Below the pieces are notes generated by a model. It made no database searches, was not told where the DNA came from, and saw only the letters and a list, made by a program, of their open reading frames with translations. From positions 188,480,001 to 188,544,000 of the forward strand of contig OZ024740.1 in the NCBI GenBank assembly GCA_964016885.1: a DNA stretch of 64,000 nucleotides, written 5' to 3'. The position numbers and the translations under genes are program-made. This DNA comes from Eledone cirrhosa (lineage: Eukaryota). This document shows, piece after piece, positions 13,269 to 27,592 of this stretch; the stretch's first letter is position 1, and each line of letters opens with the position of its first letter.

Positions 13269-13442
13269 TTTACATAGGTGGTCCCATCCAAACTTATTGT
13301 CACTTTATATACACTCTGAAAACTACAGCCGCCTTAAATCTGGTGCACAACCCAACGATGGATGGACCAAGTAACAGCATCAAGTGCTTCAACCCAGCAT
13401 CGCCACTAGTAACTCCAAGTTACTCACTTAATAACCTACATC

Positions 13443-13473
<31 letters not shown>

Positions 13474-13798
13474 AAATGTTACAGTATCGTGAGAGAGGAA
13501 GCGTTATAGAAGGAGACGATACAGATAATTAATTGTCATAAGCAGGTGCTTTAGTGCTCGATGCTTGTGCACACAAGGTTAAACATTAGAAGCGTTAATA
13601 TTTAGTGTGCAAATTTAAGCAGAGCAATTATAATCGAATAAATTTAAGAAAGAGAAGCAGATCGTTAAAATATATTTATAAGGAGCTCTTACACATGTTA
13701 CGCTCAGAGGAAAGTAAAGGGTTTAATTAGGAACCCTGAATGTGTATGAATACGATTTTAACATCAAAATTCATATCTCGGTGTTACAAAGTTAGGTG

Positions 13799-13845
<47 letters not shown>

Positions 13846-15217
13846 GCTGTGTATATGAGCTGTATATAATATTTCTAATACTTGTGTTAAATGCTTTTTT
13901 GTCTTTTACCTATAAATTCCTATAAATTAGGAAACATATGTGGTTAATTTTTAGCATCTCTTATACATAGTATTGCATCTTAGAGATAATAGTTTCCCAT
14001 GTTCTGCTTACCATCTATTACCTATAGTAAATAAGATAAAAATTCTGTTTTTCATTCGCTTTTTCATTGATGGTGATTGGATGAATTCCCATGTATTATG
14101 TTCTCACTCTTCCTTAAGTATATGTTCTCTTGAAATTGGTAATTTCTTGAAGATCATTTTGTTAATCAATATCTACATCTACAATTAAGTTACCTCAGGC
14201 CTGTTTTAAGTTTCAATTTTATTCTGCAGCTGTTGAATGGCTTCTAAAATTAGAAATCGGAAATTTAAATCAACTAGTTTTTAACTATTGTATTTCATGT
14301 AATTTACCTGATTCAGAAACATGTAAATATCTGAATTTTAAGATATCAACCAAAATAAGTGAAAATAAATAGAAATTCCATGATGTATTAGTTCATTCAT
14401 ATATCTTAGGTTAATTTTATTCATTTCTGAAGCTTTGCTTTCATTCTTTTTTTCCGTACTAATATAGGTTATACAGTGCTTATTGTTTGGATGTAGGCTT
14501 TTAGCCTTAAAGCGGTTATTTCATAATTAAAGATACCAACATGTCTTGTTTTCCAGTTAAGAATTGACTTCTAACTTGTTTTTTTGTTTAAAATTGTTCT
14601 AATTGCAGGAACTTTGTATTCCTGACCAAAAACAGTCATTGATTAACAGAGATGCATGAAATTTCATAAAAGCCTAATCTTTTATACATGGAATTTGTAG
14701 AGACATAATTCACAAATAATTACAGGAAAAAACACCTCATACAGGCAATATCGTAGCTAATTACAATGTTGAATATCTTTCTCAATAATTTTTAGAATTA
14801 TCAATTTGAAATCATGCAAATTTTTAGCAAGAATATTTGATAAAAATAAGTAATGAATATTTCATAAGATGATTAACTCAAATAAATAAATAAATAAAAT
14901 AAAAACAAAACTCTATTGCTATGTTTATATATAATTTTATTATTTTTCTTAGACCAAAATTCGCCAAGAGCCATAGTAATTAAATTTTAAAATGTTGTAA
15001 ACTGTAAAATATTTGTATTTAGTATTTTCGTAATATTAAGTTTACTTCATTAAAGTTGATAAGAAATGAAAAAAAATAGTTTTAGTATATATTTATATTT
15101 TGAACATTGATAACTTCATTTTTCTCTAACATAATAACTAAACATATTTACCTTCTTAAAGTAGTTGTCACTATTTACCCTTGATTATATGAAGATATCT
15201 AATGTTATCTAAGTTAT

Positions 15218-15336
15218 AATTGTTTCTACTTTTGGCACAAGGTCAGCAATTACCCCAGCGCATTGCTGGTACTTTATTTTATCGATCCCATAAGGATGAA
15301 AGGCAAAGTTGACCTCGGCGGGATTTGAACTCAGAA
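15218..15336 (-). mobile_element. SINE family A, 5'-truncated
   Basis: Reverse complement match to the 8533-8693 copy. Confidence 0.85.
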
Positions 15337-15654
15337 TGGCAAGCGGTACATGTGACAATTCTGGATTAAATGTTTTATTTTTGGTTTTATCTCAGACTTT
15401 GACTTACTTTTCTCTGAGGTTACTGAATTAAGTACCAGTTAAATACTGATGTTGTTTCAGTTTACCATTTCATGCTGCTTAAAACAATCAACCTTATGTT
15501 TAATTAAAAGTAATTATTATCACTATTTCCTATGAATTGTGATGACAGCAGACTGTAGAATATCAGTGTTGTAAAGGCCATAGAAGTAATAGTGTCTAAT
15601 TCCACCTTTCTCTGTTTTGTCCACTTATCTTCCCAACCTTTAATATCATTAAGA

Positions 15655-15810
15655 ACAGCTTCTGATTTAGGCACAAGGCCAACAAATTATGGGGAAAGGG
15701 AAGTTAAGTAAATTGACCCCAGTGTGTTATTGGTACTTCATTTGATCCATTCAGTAAGTTATCAGAGGCAACGTTAACCTCAACAGTATTGGAACTCAGA
15801 AAGTAAACGA
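15655..15810 (-). mobile_element. Decayed SINE related to family A
   Basis: TTAGGCACAAGGCCAAC...TTGACCCCAGT...TGGTACTT...GAACTCAGAA. Confidence 0.5.
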
Positions 15811-16481
15811 ATGTAATTAATATCATTGAAAATACAAAGAGAAACACTCCTTTCTAATCGTGTTTTTTTTTTCTAGTTATTATTTTATAGAACTATATTT
15901 TCTAATACACCCTTTTCTAATTTAGGATGGTAGGACATGATTTGAGGGAAATTTGGCTGTTAATTTTTGTAGGATATTCCTTTACTGGCTTAAAACAAAC
16001 CTGGCTATTGTTATATAGCTCTAGATAATCCATGATCGAGTATACCTAAAATGAAAGGTGTTCCTGTCCTGACATTTCCCTCTTTTTACATATCATGAAC
16101 TATATTGTCCAAAATATCCTTTCCTTTAGATGGTTGCATTTGATATGGTGGAGATTTTATTGCTATTTTCAGCCAGTTGAATGACCATTTAAAAGCTCCA
16201 TGACTGAACATTAAGACCAGCTGTCATACATTGACCACCTTACATGAGGGGAAATATTGTAATCTATTCATACAACAGACAAACCACCTGTCAGCAAGGA
16301 ACTCTCCCTCCCACACACCTTTTCCGTTTCATTCCATCAGATAGGTAGTTAGCATAAAAAGTAGTGTGAAGTATGAGTTACTTGTGGAAGGTGTGAAATG
16401 AAAGGTTTCAGTTAAATATATCTATATATTTACCCAGGATTCATTCTAATAAATAAGTATTAGAACACCAAGATGTCTGCC

Positions 16482-16521
<40 letters not shown>

Positions 16522-19500
16522 TCTATATGTGTGTGAAAGAGAGAAAGAAAGAGAGAAAAAAGAGAACCATATATACTTTACATTTTTGGAGAAAAAATGG
16601 GATCTTCACTACTTGTGTATGCAAATTTGGTTTACAGAGTTTTCTCTGAATGTTAATTGAATGTTAATTGTTCTGTATGCACGTTTACATATATCATCAT
16701 GTGGAAATCTGAAGTTTTATATCTATTTCAAATACTTTGGTCATATATAGTCAAATAGGTTGCAAAAGCATATATTATATTAAAGGCAATAACATAACCA
16801 CCTTAATTTAAATCTCTCTGGATTCATTTAAGCCTTATCTCCTCTATTAGCTGAACTATAAAAATAGTAATAAAACATTGAAGTTTGATGTGTTTTATAA
16901 GGGAAATAGAATTATCCTCATTGAATGATAGTTGTTTTGAGTGAGTGCTTTCTATCTGATATATTGCTCTGTTTCTCTCTAAATTCACTACAAGGCCAAG
17001 GTTATCCATACAAATTCTCGATGGGTTGTATCATCAGTGGCAATGCAAACTGTTATATTGAGTTGAGAAATGGTAGGTGTAAAGCATTAGCAGATTGATG
17101 CAAATTAGTTCTGTGTGTTGTAAAGTTGAAATAAGAATGAAATAAGTTTTCAATCAATGTGGTGAGAGCAATATAATCTCATTTGAGAAATATATAGGGA
17201 TACTTAATCACTTGTGATAACTTAAACCTGGAATACAAATTACAGTGCTATGCAATTGTAGTGAAATCCATGTATCTGTCTTGCAGCAACAGACCTGTCA
17301 TGTTAATCACCACTTATTGTTGTCATCAATTAAAACATACACTATTTGAAATAGATTGATTGGCTAGCCAAGATCTAATGCACTTACATTAGCACAGACT
17401 TAATTCATAAGATTTAGTAGTATAGGAGACCATGTAAGACCATTATCGATAAATGGCCTACAACTTCAAGGTTAATCAGAGTGATAATAAAATTATATCA
17501 GACATCAAAATTGTAAATCAAATATATATCAGCACAGAGATATTTCTTCTTGATATAAACATTTATTTTGTCAGATCTTAAAAGGTAAGTATTAACAGTA
17601 TTCGTTTAACTGCCCGTTGGTCATTGGTTTGACATAATAGGTGTATTTGTCTTCATACAAGACATTTCTTCTACTTGATATAACCTACCTAACTGAATAA
17701 TAAATATTAGTCCTTCATTTACAATACATTTATCACTACAAAACACTTTAAACACGTCATGTACAGCTTGAAACAACATTAGCAAGACATTCTTGAAAAG
17801 TACAAAATAGCAATATGATTATATCACATTAAAAGGTAAAGCCTTTATTCAAAGGCTTCACAATGTACTGACTACTAGTAGCAGGGACACTATAAATATT
17901 GGAATTAACAGACCCTGTTTTTACCCAATTTTTTCTAAATCATTACAGGATATTAAAAGTTAAAACATTCAAGTATTAAGAGGTTATAGTTATATGATAT
18001 ATCATGATGTTTTGTTGGGGATGATACTGTTATATTAATACTTAGATTTTTAAAGGATTTTAATTTGAGGCTACCATATTCAATATGATTAGAACATTTA
18101 AAATATTATTAGAATTTTGCTGATTATTCATAGCCAAAATTAACTTGGTCATATACACCTAATTCAAATTAAGTCAGACTAATTTATTCTTAACAGAACC
18201 AGAACATATTTCCTGATGCTTGAAAGATTATCAACCTAAATATATCATTTTATTTTTCTCACATTATATGATACATTATTCAATGAGAAATATTCATTGT
18301 ATTTAGTTTTCCTTTTATCTTGAAATAAAATCAAAATTATTTCAGACTTTAATCAAGTATGTTTGCCATTAGCAGTTACAAATTCTTCACTCTTATGTTT
18401 AAAACTTTCATATAATGTGTATTCGTGAGAACTGAATTTCCAAACTTCAAAAGATAAAAGGAAAAAAATCCTGCTATTTCCAACTCCTGTTGTTTTGTGT
18501 TTTAATCGATTTGTCATTATTTTTCATTTCTGTTCAGGTGAAATGGAATAAAAAAAAATTAAATCAATTTCAAAAGATAAAAGAAATTCATGATGGTTTA
18601 TATATTATCCTATAATTGAAATTATTTATATCTTTTCTTCTTTTGAAGCATACCCTCCAGACAAGAGACTATTTTGTTTCTGCTGCAAGGATATATTACC
18701 AATATTAGAAATAATAGCATTATATCATGTTGAACCTAAGTTTATAGTTCATTTTAAATTTTATAAAGATAGAACTTTTACTCTTACCATTAAGGTATTA
18801 TCACCACCATTGCTTTCACATGCTGCTTACCCTCACAAGAGCTTACTTTTATTTTCTGAGATGTTGTGTATTGCACAAGTCTAGAATACAGAATAATGTC
18901 TTAACATTACATTAGTTACTAAATTGCCTCTAATTAATCAAATATTTTTATATCAATTTCACATTGAGTGAACCTTTCTTTTAAATTACTGCACAATACA
19001 GACTTTCTGCTGGTTACCTTCCTTTTCACAGAGTGGCAACCTTGCAGTGACTTGCAGAAAGTTGCTCTGTAAGAAAGCCCAAATACTTTATTTTACATGA
19101 TCTATCTATCTGAGGATTTGCTAAATATACATGAAACACTATTATGTTTAGCACTCACATATATTCAGTACTTTCTTTATCTTTATGATTAAATGCTAAA
19201 GCTTTGTATTGATATCTAAATCTTCAAGTGTGTTCAATTTAAGCTATAAATGAATAACACAAAATTGGTATACAATGGAAACTTTAAGAAAACCCTGTAT
19301 ATCCTTATTTATCTTATAACTTAGAAAAATGATAAAAGTAAATTTCTAAATATGAAAATATCTAGAGACAAACATCTTCAGACCAAACACCTCACCTAAC
19401 TACTTGCAACAGTGTGGACACCTTTAGAGCTACTCAAGGTCCAGGTAGTGATGCTAAAGTAGGCAGATTATGTGAGGGCAATAGGACATAGTATAACGAC

Positions 19501-21384
19501 ATATCATTCAAAATATAATTTTCTGCTGGTTTACTTAAGTTGAATATAGAATTCTTTTCAGTTATTCCTATTTATATAAATTATCTCACCATATGTAATT
19601 CCACCCACTTATGTTTAATATGGTAATGGATAAAATAAATGTTTTTAAAATGATAGGAAATCATTCATTGCCCCAATTGTGAAAATTAATTTCTTCTATC
19701 ATTTAATAACAGATAATCATGAATTAAAAATAGTTCGATAAAACTCAAAGGAATAACAATGGTCTATAAACTGATAAAAAGGCAAATAGCCAAGTTGAGA
19801 GAATACTTAGCAAACTAAATTAGATGTTTAACTCTGTTTTTGACTGTGTGTAACACTCTTATGAAATTATATCTTCCAACTGTTTTTCTAATTGTGCTTT
19901 ATCAGAATATTATATTCAGAGGAAGATGTTACTGAAATGCTTCGGATATTAGGACTTCTGTGTTTAACTCATTTGCCTCTATTATATTCCCGTGCATGAT
20001 GTACAAACACCAAAATGAAAAGTGTTTATTCTAATAATGTTTATGTATACAATTTGTATTATTAAAGCATACATAAATTGACGCCATGTTGCTGAGATTG
20101 CAGGCTAATTTGAGTTGTGCTAGTATGGATATTCAGTTCGGATTTTATATAAATTATGTTTTTATCTGGATGATCCTTCTAGATCTTACTAAAGCGATAA
20201 CATGAGGCTTAGTGCCTACTAGTACAATATGTTTTCCTGATGATATAGCAAAGGAATTGACAAGTTTTAAAATGTTTAATTATAAGTCATGTCTATTACA
20301 ATCCTGGATAAATATTTTTCAATTCAATTTTTCCGTTGTTTTAAAGTAGTTATAGAATATCTAAATCTAACATCAGACATCAAGATGAGTATCTTATAAA
20401 TATACTATTCGATTAATTCATAAACGTAGCTAGTTAAATAATGAAATTTAGAATCATATGTTTTACTTTTTGATATCATGTCATTATTACTTTATATTCC
20501 TACTTTGGGATAATTTTTTCTTCTTTCTATATATATAACCGTTTGGATGCCAACCTTCCAAAAACTGCTACTGCTTCTCCAAAACAAAATCACCCATCGT
20601 AAAAGGTTACTATTTAGATTAGAATCTTCCAGTATGATTTTCAAACAGAAGCATTTGTAATGAAATAATTCCTAGTTTCAGTAAATCTTTTTTTAAATAT
20701 TCTCTAATTAATTGATCGATTCAGCAAATCAATCAAGAAGATCCCATACCTCATTTGCATGCTGAATGGGGTGAAAGTCATCAAACATAATGTATTTCAT
20801 TAAATATATGATAATGAAAATATATGTTAATATGCTGGTAGTATACTGAATGTTTGAAAGGACACAAATATCCAGTTTAGATTCTATATAATTTGTATGT
20901 TACTGATACATGATCTGACTAAACAGAAATCTGATAGTGTTGCCAATACCTAAAGGGCTGACAGCTAAGTCAACATAGATAAGATGTAAATTGGTAGCCA
21001 AACTACATAGATATTTTGCAATTATTCATATCTGAATAATAGAAATATCAAGTTTCAACCATCTAAATGCTTTGACAGCTTTTCAAGACAATATATTAAC
21101 AAATAAACTTTGCATTGACCATGCTTTCCCCACAGTGGAGCACTTTAGAAACTATAGTGGCTTCCATCTGACTATTTGACATTTAAATTTTCCATCAAAT
21201 AATGTACATATACATGTACATATCTATTAGCCCTGTAAATTGTGAATGTCACTTGTTATAAATCGCATGTATAAATAATAAAGGCATAAGGAATATATTT
21301 ATATATATATATATTATATATTATAATATTTATTATTTATTATATATTATATATTATATAATATATATTATATTATATATATAT

Positions 21385-22035
21385 ATCATCATCATCATCG
21401 TTTAACGTCCATGTTCCACGCTTGCATGGGTTTGGACGGGAGTTTTCCCACTTGAGGCAAGAGTGGTTGTCTTGTTCGCATAGGACTGTCTGGCGGGTTT
21501 TCTACAGCTGGATGCCCTTCCTAACACCAACCACATTTACAGTGTGGGACTGGGAGGTTTTTACCGTGTTGCCTACACGGCCACATTACAGCGTGGACTG
21601 TGTATTTTTTTTGTCGTGACACCTATACGATCTCATTTGTTTCGGCCTGGATGTTGTGGCACCAACATAACTTTACGTTGAACGGGGCGGTGTGGATGGG
21701 ATGGGGGTGGTGGGACGGGGGTGTATTTTGTTAGAGATGCCTACTGACTGTAGTAGGTTTTACTTTGTATTTAGGTAAGGCGGGTCTTCTCTATTACTGA
21801 GTGCCGCCAAAGATCTTGGTGCAGTGACATTGTCTTGGAGAGGTGTAAGTGTGTGAGGTCGGAGTTTATCAGGTCGTCCCAGGTTTTTCTGGGTCTGCCT
21901 ACTCCATGGCTACCGTCTATCTTTATTGCTCTGCATTTTTTTATACAGCTGTCGTCTTTCATGCGCTTCACGTGACCATACCAACATAGCCTTCTCTCTA
22001 GTAAACAACATCTGATCCCTCTTATTTCTAATTTT
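21385..22035 (-). mobile_element. RTE-clade LINE 3' end (ORF C-terminus, 3' UTR and (GAT)n tail)
   Basis: Minus frame reads ERRLCWYGHVKRMKDDSCIKKCRAIKIDGSHGVGRPRKTWDDLINSDL...DLWR, a typical RTE C-terminus; ends GGACGTTAAACGATGATGATG. Confidence 0.85.
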
Positions 22036-22039
22036 TTTA

Positions 22040-22700
22040 TAAATATATATATTATATAATATATATATATACATCATATATTATATAATATATAAATATA
22101 TATATCATATATTATATAATATATATATCATATATTATATAATATATATATATCATATATAATGTATTATATATATATCATATTTAATGTATTGTATATA
22201 TATATATATCATATATTATGTATTATATATATATATTTCATATATTATATATTATATATATATATATATATCATATATAATGTATTATATATATATATAT
22301 CATACATAATGTATTATATATATATATATCATATATAATGTATTATATATATATATCATATATAATGTATTATATATATATATCATATATTATGTATTAT
22401 ATTTATATATCAGATATAATTGTTTCTACATTAGGCACAAGGCCCGCAATGACCCAGTGCATTACTGGTACTTTATTTTATCGACCCCGTAAAGATGAAA
22501 GGCAAAGTCAACCGCGGCGGGATTTGAACTCAGATCGTTAAGGGACCTAACTATGCTGCAAAGCATGGCGTCCGACCTTCTAGCGATACTGCCAATCCAC
22601 CGCCATATATCATATATAATGTATTATATATATATCATATATTATGTATTATATATATATCATGTATAATGTATTATATATATATATCATATATTATGTA
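22040..22700. repeat. AT-rich minisatellite (TATATATCATATATAATGTAT-like unit), continuing at 23542-23875 and 24190-24460
   Basis: Seen directly; interrupted by a SINE and a Helitron. Confidence 0.85.
22418..22604 (-). mobile_element. SINE family A, full length
   Basis: Minus strand starts GGCGGTGGATTGGCAGTATCG (A box region), followed by B box GAGTTCAAATCC, the core and the AAACAATT tail. Confidence 0.9.
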
Positions 22701-23541
22701 CTAGCAGTAAAGCCCGGCGTTGCTCGGGGTCGCTCAGTAGCTGTGTTAAAGTTACAATGTTAAGTTTCTTTTTTGGCTTAAAAACTGTAGTGTCTACTGT
22801 GCAGACTTGCATGTGGTGTTTTTGATTAATATTCCCTCAACCAACAATATGCCTTATGAAGTTAAGAAAACATAACGATAACCCGAATGTTATAACAAAA
22901 GAGGATGCTGGGGATAGAAACTGCACTGGTTATTTATTAACAAAGATCGAAAATGTAAACACTACAACGCAGAGAAAAACATTAGCGTAACCAAATTATC
23001 AGTTATGTCTGTCTGCACGCCTATATCACCTCTCTGCACGACTGTCTATCTGCACGCCTATATCACCTCTCTGCACGACTGTCTGTCTGCACGCCTAACG
23101 ACGAAATATTTGCTTGTTTTACGTAGTCTTTAAATAGACTTGTTTTCAAGTAAAAATATTGTTTTAAAATGCTTTTAAATGGAAATGAAGCAAAACGGAA
23201 GCTTAGTGTTCGAACTGATGAATTTTGCAGGTCAATATTTTGCTGGCTCGACAACTGTTCGTAAACGCTGAGAAAGCCAGCGTAATTTTTTACGTAAGAC
23301 GCTCAATGTAAACAGAACAAAGGGAAATAACTGATAACTTACGCTCAAAAATCGATACATTATATTCGATTTCGTCACATAGGGTGGGTCAATTTGAAAT
23401 TTTTTTTTCCGATGTCTTCGCTAGGGCTCAATGTACAAGTATAGCAATTTCGGTGCAATTCCGTGAGAGATTCTAAGAGGAGATGTGTGCCAAAAATTTG
23501 ATAGACAGACAGACAACCACAGTTTTATATATATAGATAGA
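22701..23541 (-). mobile_element. Non-autonomous Helitron
   Basis: Minus strand starts TCTATCTATATATATAAAA followed by (GTCT)n; the 3' end has the hairpin CCCGAGCAACGCCGGG and CTAG; inserted at an A/T junction without TSD. Confidence 0.82.
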
Positions 23542-25235
23542 TTATATATATATATCATATATAATGTACTATATATATATATATATGATATATTATGTAT
23601 TATATCATATAGTAAATATTATATATGTATATCATATACTCTATATATAATATAGAGTATATGATATATATATCTAATATATATATACATAATATATATT
23701 ATATATATATATCATATACTATATATTATATATATATATACATCATATACTATATATATATATAATATATAGTATATGATATATATATATAATATATAGT
23801 ATATGATATATATATATAATATTTACTATATGATATATATATATATATTTACTATATGATATATATATATATATATACACAGTTCAAGAGTAACCAATCT
23901 TAAAGAGAGAGATAGGAGAGGAGATAGGAGAGGAGATATTGGTGAATTAGTTAGAAGCCAAAACGTAAAGGCATGTGCTCAATGTGCAATATGCAGTAGA
24001 AAGCAGCTAGGTTATTAATATTATTATTATTGTGTAATAGACATGACTTATAATTAAACATTTTAAAACTTGTCAATTCCTTTGCTATATCATCAGGAAA
24101 ACATATTGTACTAGTAGGCACTTAGCCTCATGTTATCCATACTAGCACAACTCAAATTAGCCTGCAATCTCAGCAACATGGCGTCAATTTATGCTTATAT
24201 TATATATGTATATATCTTATACTATATATTATGTATATATATATATTATATATATATATCATATACTCTATATTATATATATACATATATTATGCTTATA
24301 TTATATATATATATATCATATACTATATATTATGTATATATATATTATATATATATCATATACTCTATATTATGTATATATATATTATATATATATATAT
24401 CATATACTCTATATTATATATATACATATATTATGCTTATATTATATATATTTATACATATATGGTATTTATTTGTATGTGTATTGGAGAGGGTATACAA
24501 GGTACACAAGAAGCTGAAGATATTAAAGGGAAGCTGAAATGACTTTTATGGTTAGAATGTCTTTCCCAAGAGCATTAGTGATTTAAGTGAAGGCGATACA
24601 AGTAGGGAAATGGAACTGACTTGAATTGCTGAGTACTTATATCTTTCTTTCTGATATTTCATTTGCCTATATGTATGATGAATGACTAATAAAAAATAGG
24701 CGAAGGAATAAATCTAAGAAACACTAATCAATGAAACGAGCACAATTAATAATGCATGAGAATTGACAGAGGAAATTCAGTGGCTGTCAAGGAAGATATA
24801 GATAAACAGAATGAAACCAAAACATATAAATAGAAACGAAGAATTTCAAAAAATATCAACTAAAAGAGTAAGAAAATATGTTTTTTCTTGTGCAAGCGAT
24901 ATTTGTTATACATTTTTGTTCATTCCAAGATAATAACACAGTTGTTGCTTTTAGTTATATTTTAGACCAAATTTGATTTCTTGGATTTTCCTTCTTGTTG
25001 TTTTTGTGTAGTTTTTTGCATTTTATTTTCCATCAATAAGATCCACAATTCCTTATTCTAAACATTTATGTGCAGTCCAAGATTGGTCTTTTTATTTACA
25101 TATTTAATTCTGTTTTCATCCATTCCTTCAACATTTCCAAGTTCCAATGCACACACATGCAGACACATATACGTACATAACATATATGAACTCATAGATG
25201 TTCATATAATATACACACATATACATATACATATA

Positions 25236-26060
25236 TGAGGTATGTCAAAAGTGTATCTGAATTTATATTCTCACATGTAAAGTAATAATGTGGTATGGGA
25301 GGTAAAATTTGCATAGTCAAGCCACATATGTTCATGCACATGTGTGAATTTTGGTGAGCTTCCTGAATACATCAGCCATCAACCACTGTCAACCATGAAC
25401 TTGTAAGGCATTATATCAATGGTTACATTTTGATTTCACCTGATACTGTCTACAAGAATCATAAAAACATGTTAAGTGGAAATAAGATGTGGTTGTGCAT
25501 GTATAACACCTGGAAACCAAAGCTCAGTCATTACAATGAAAGCATACAATGTCGCTAAGGCCTCCAATCGTACATCAGGTGTAGAGCAAAATCAAGGTGC
25601 TGCTCACTGCGTTTTTGACTACTGAGACTTTGGGTATCAAGAATACACACTAGAAGGGCAAAAGGTTATAAAGGCATACTATTATGAAGTCTTCCTTAAT
25701 CTTGATGATGCAGATCAGTGTAAGAGATTGTAAAGGGGAATATTACGTTACTGGCAGCTACATCATGACAACACTTCAGTCCATTCGTTACAGCTGATCC
25801 AAACTTTCACCCAGCTCACTACATGAAAGATATGAATCCTTCTTTTTGAGAACTGAGAGGCCAACATGTGGACAGTAATAGTAAAGCAGAGAGTCATTCC
25901 AGAAAAAGCATTTCAGATAATTTTCAAACAGTGGAAAAATCACTGGATTAGGTGTGTGGAACAAAAGGGATCTACTTTGAAGGGGATTAGTATTTGAACT
26001 CCACCAACTATGGAATATATTTTCCCAGCCTAAGGTTAAAAGCTTTTTCAATAGACACAT
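25236..26060 (+). pseudogene. Decayed, internally deleted mariner transposase
   Basis: Fragments ETKAQSLQ*KH, SKIKVLLTAF, QEYTLEGQKVIKAYYYEV, WQLHHDNTSVH, IPEKAFQIIFKQWKNHWIRCV and YFEGD* with stops and frameshifts; TA-TGAGG start. Confidence 0.85.
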
Positions 26061-26105
26061 ACACAAACACACAGACACACACACATCTATGACTCTATAT
26101 AATAT

Positions 26106-26289
26106 AATTGTTTCTACTTTAGGCACAAGGCCAGCAATTACCCAGTGCATTACTGCTACTTTATTTTATCGACCCCGTAAGGATGAAAGGCAAAGTCAAC
26201 CTCGGCGGGATTTGAACTGAGATCGTAAAGGGATGTAACTATGCTGGAAAGCATGGCGTCCGACCCTCCACCGATACTGCCAATCCACC
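26106..26289 (-). mobile_element. SINE family A, near full length
   Basis: High similarity to 22418-22604 and 60885-61071. Confidence 0.9.
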
Positions 26290-26575
26290 ATAATGTCCAC
26301 TTTTCCATGCTATCCTTGTTTAGACAGGTCACTACTGAACATGTCAGTACTTAGAGTCCCTGTTATCACAACATTTTGCATGCAAGCACTCCATTTTTAG
26401 CATGGATTCTACAGCTGTATGAATCTCCCCCAAACCACCCACTTTATAGAGTGCATTTGATGCATTTAATCATGGTACTAGCACAAAAATCCTATCAACA
26501 TATTGACTAATTGATACAATACGCAAACAATACGCTCGCACACACACGTTTCGCACCACCACCCCAGAGAGAAAT

Positions 26576-26630
<55 letters not shown>
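26576..26630. repeat. (GA)n microsatellite
   Basis: Seen directly. Confidence 0.95.
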
Positions 26631-26633
<3 letters not shown>

Positions 26634-27207
26634 AGTGTAACAAAACCGTTATTTATGAAACATTGACCCTAATATTCTTTTAGTGCCTGGGGTGACAAAA
26701 TATAAACGACTATGTTTGCTGCAAAAATATTTATATACACTTGATTTCTTGTACGTTATATGCACTGTTCATTCATGCATTAGACTTCAGCTTTTAATTC
26801 TTCAATGGTTTATGAAGACTATGGTATAGTGATACTTCAGCATCATCATCATCATCATTTCAGTTCATCATAATGAGTTGTATCTTACTGACATATATTA
26901 AATAATTGCGAAAAATCCTTTGTAGCATTTAAACTATATATTTGAATTATCATCATCTTTCTATTTCAAGAATAAATTGCCTCTGCAGTAAACGATTAAA
27001 ATAGATTTTAGGATTCAATTTAACACTTTGATATTTTTCAAAGTGATAGGATATTATCTAAATAAACTTGCAAAACAGGATCTACTCTATACAAAATATG
27101 TCTTCTATGAAACATCAGACTGACCTGTGTCTAACAATCTTTTGAGAAACATAGTTTAAAATACGTTTCATTTATTTAATCATCACCAAATACTTTTACA
27201 TTGTTTT

Positions 27208-27592
27208 GATCATTATCATTATTTTATGTCCGCATTTCCCTGCTTGCAAGGGTGGGATGGGATCTGATTCTGGCTTGATTTCTACAGCTGGATGCCCTTC
27301 CTAACACCAACCTCATTTACAGTGAGTGCTGGGTGATTGTTTTGCCGTTGCACCTCCACAACCACTTACAGTGTGGGCTGGGTGATTTTTGCCGTGGCAC
27401 CCCCACGACCACTTTGCAGTGGAATGATATGGACCCCAGTCCCTATCATCTCATTTCTACAGCTGAGTAAACTGGAGCAATGTGAAATAAAGTGTCTTGC
27501 TCAAGGAAACAACACATCACCCGGTCTGAGAATTGAACTCACAACTTTTCGATTGCAAGGGCAATGCTCTAACCACTAAGCAATGTGCCTCC
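27208..27592 (-). mobile_element. tRNA-derived SINE family B, full length
   Basis: Close reverse complement of 58385-58733: A and B boxes, CCTTGAGCAAGACACTTTA core, RTE-like tail. Confidence 0.9.

Noticed and set aside
13470-13800. Unique insert between TA tracts
   Set aside because: No ribozyme core, inverted repeat or coding motif that I could recognise; probably an unclassified transposon fragment.
22040-22700. CRISPR-like array
   Set aside because: Low-complexity tandem units without unique spacers in a eukaryotic context.
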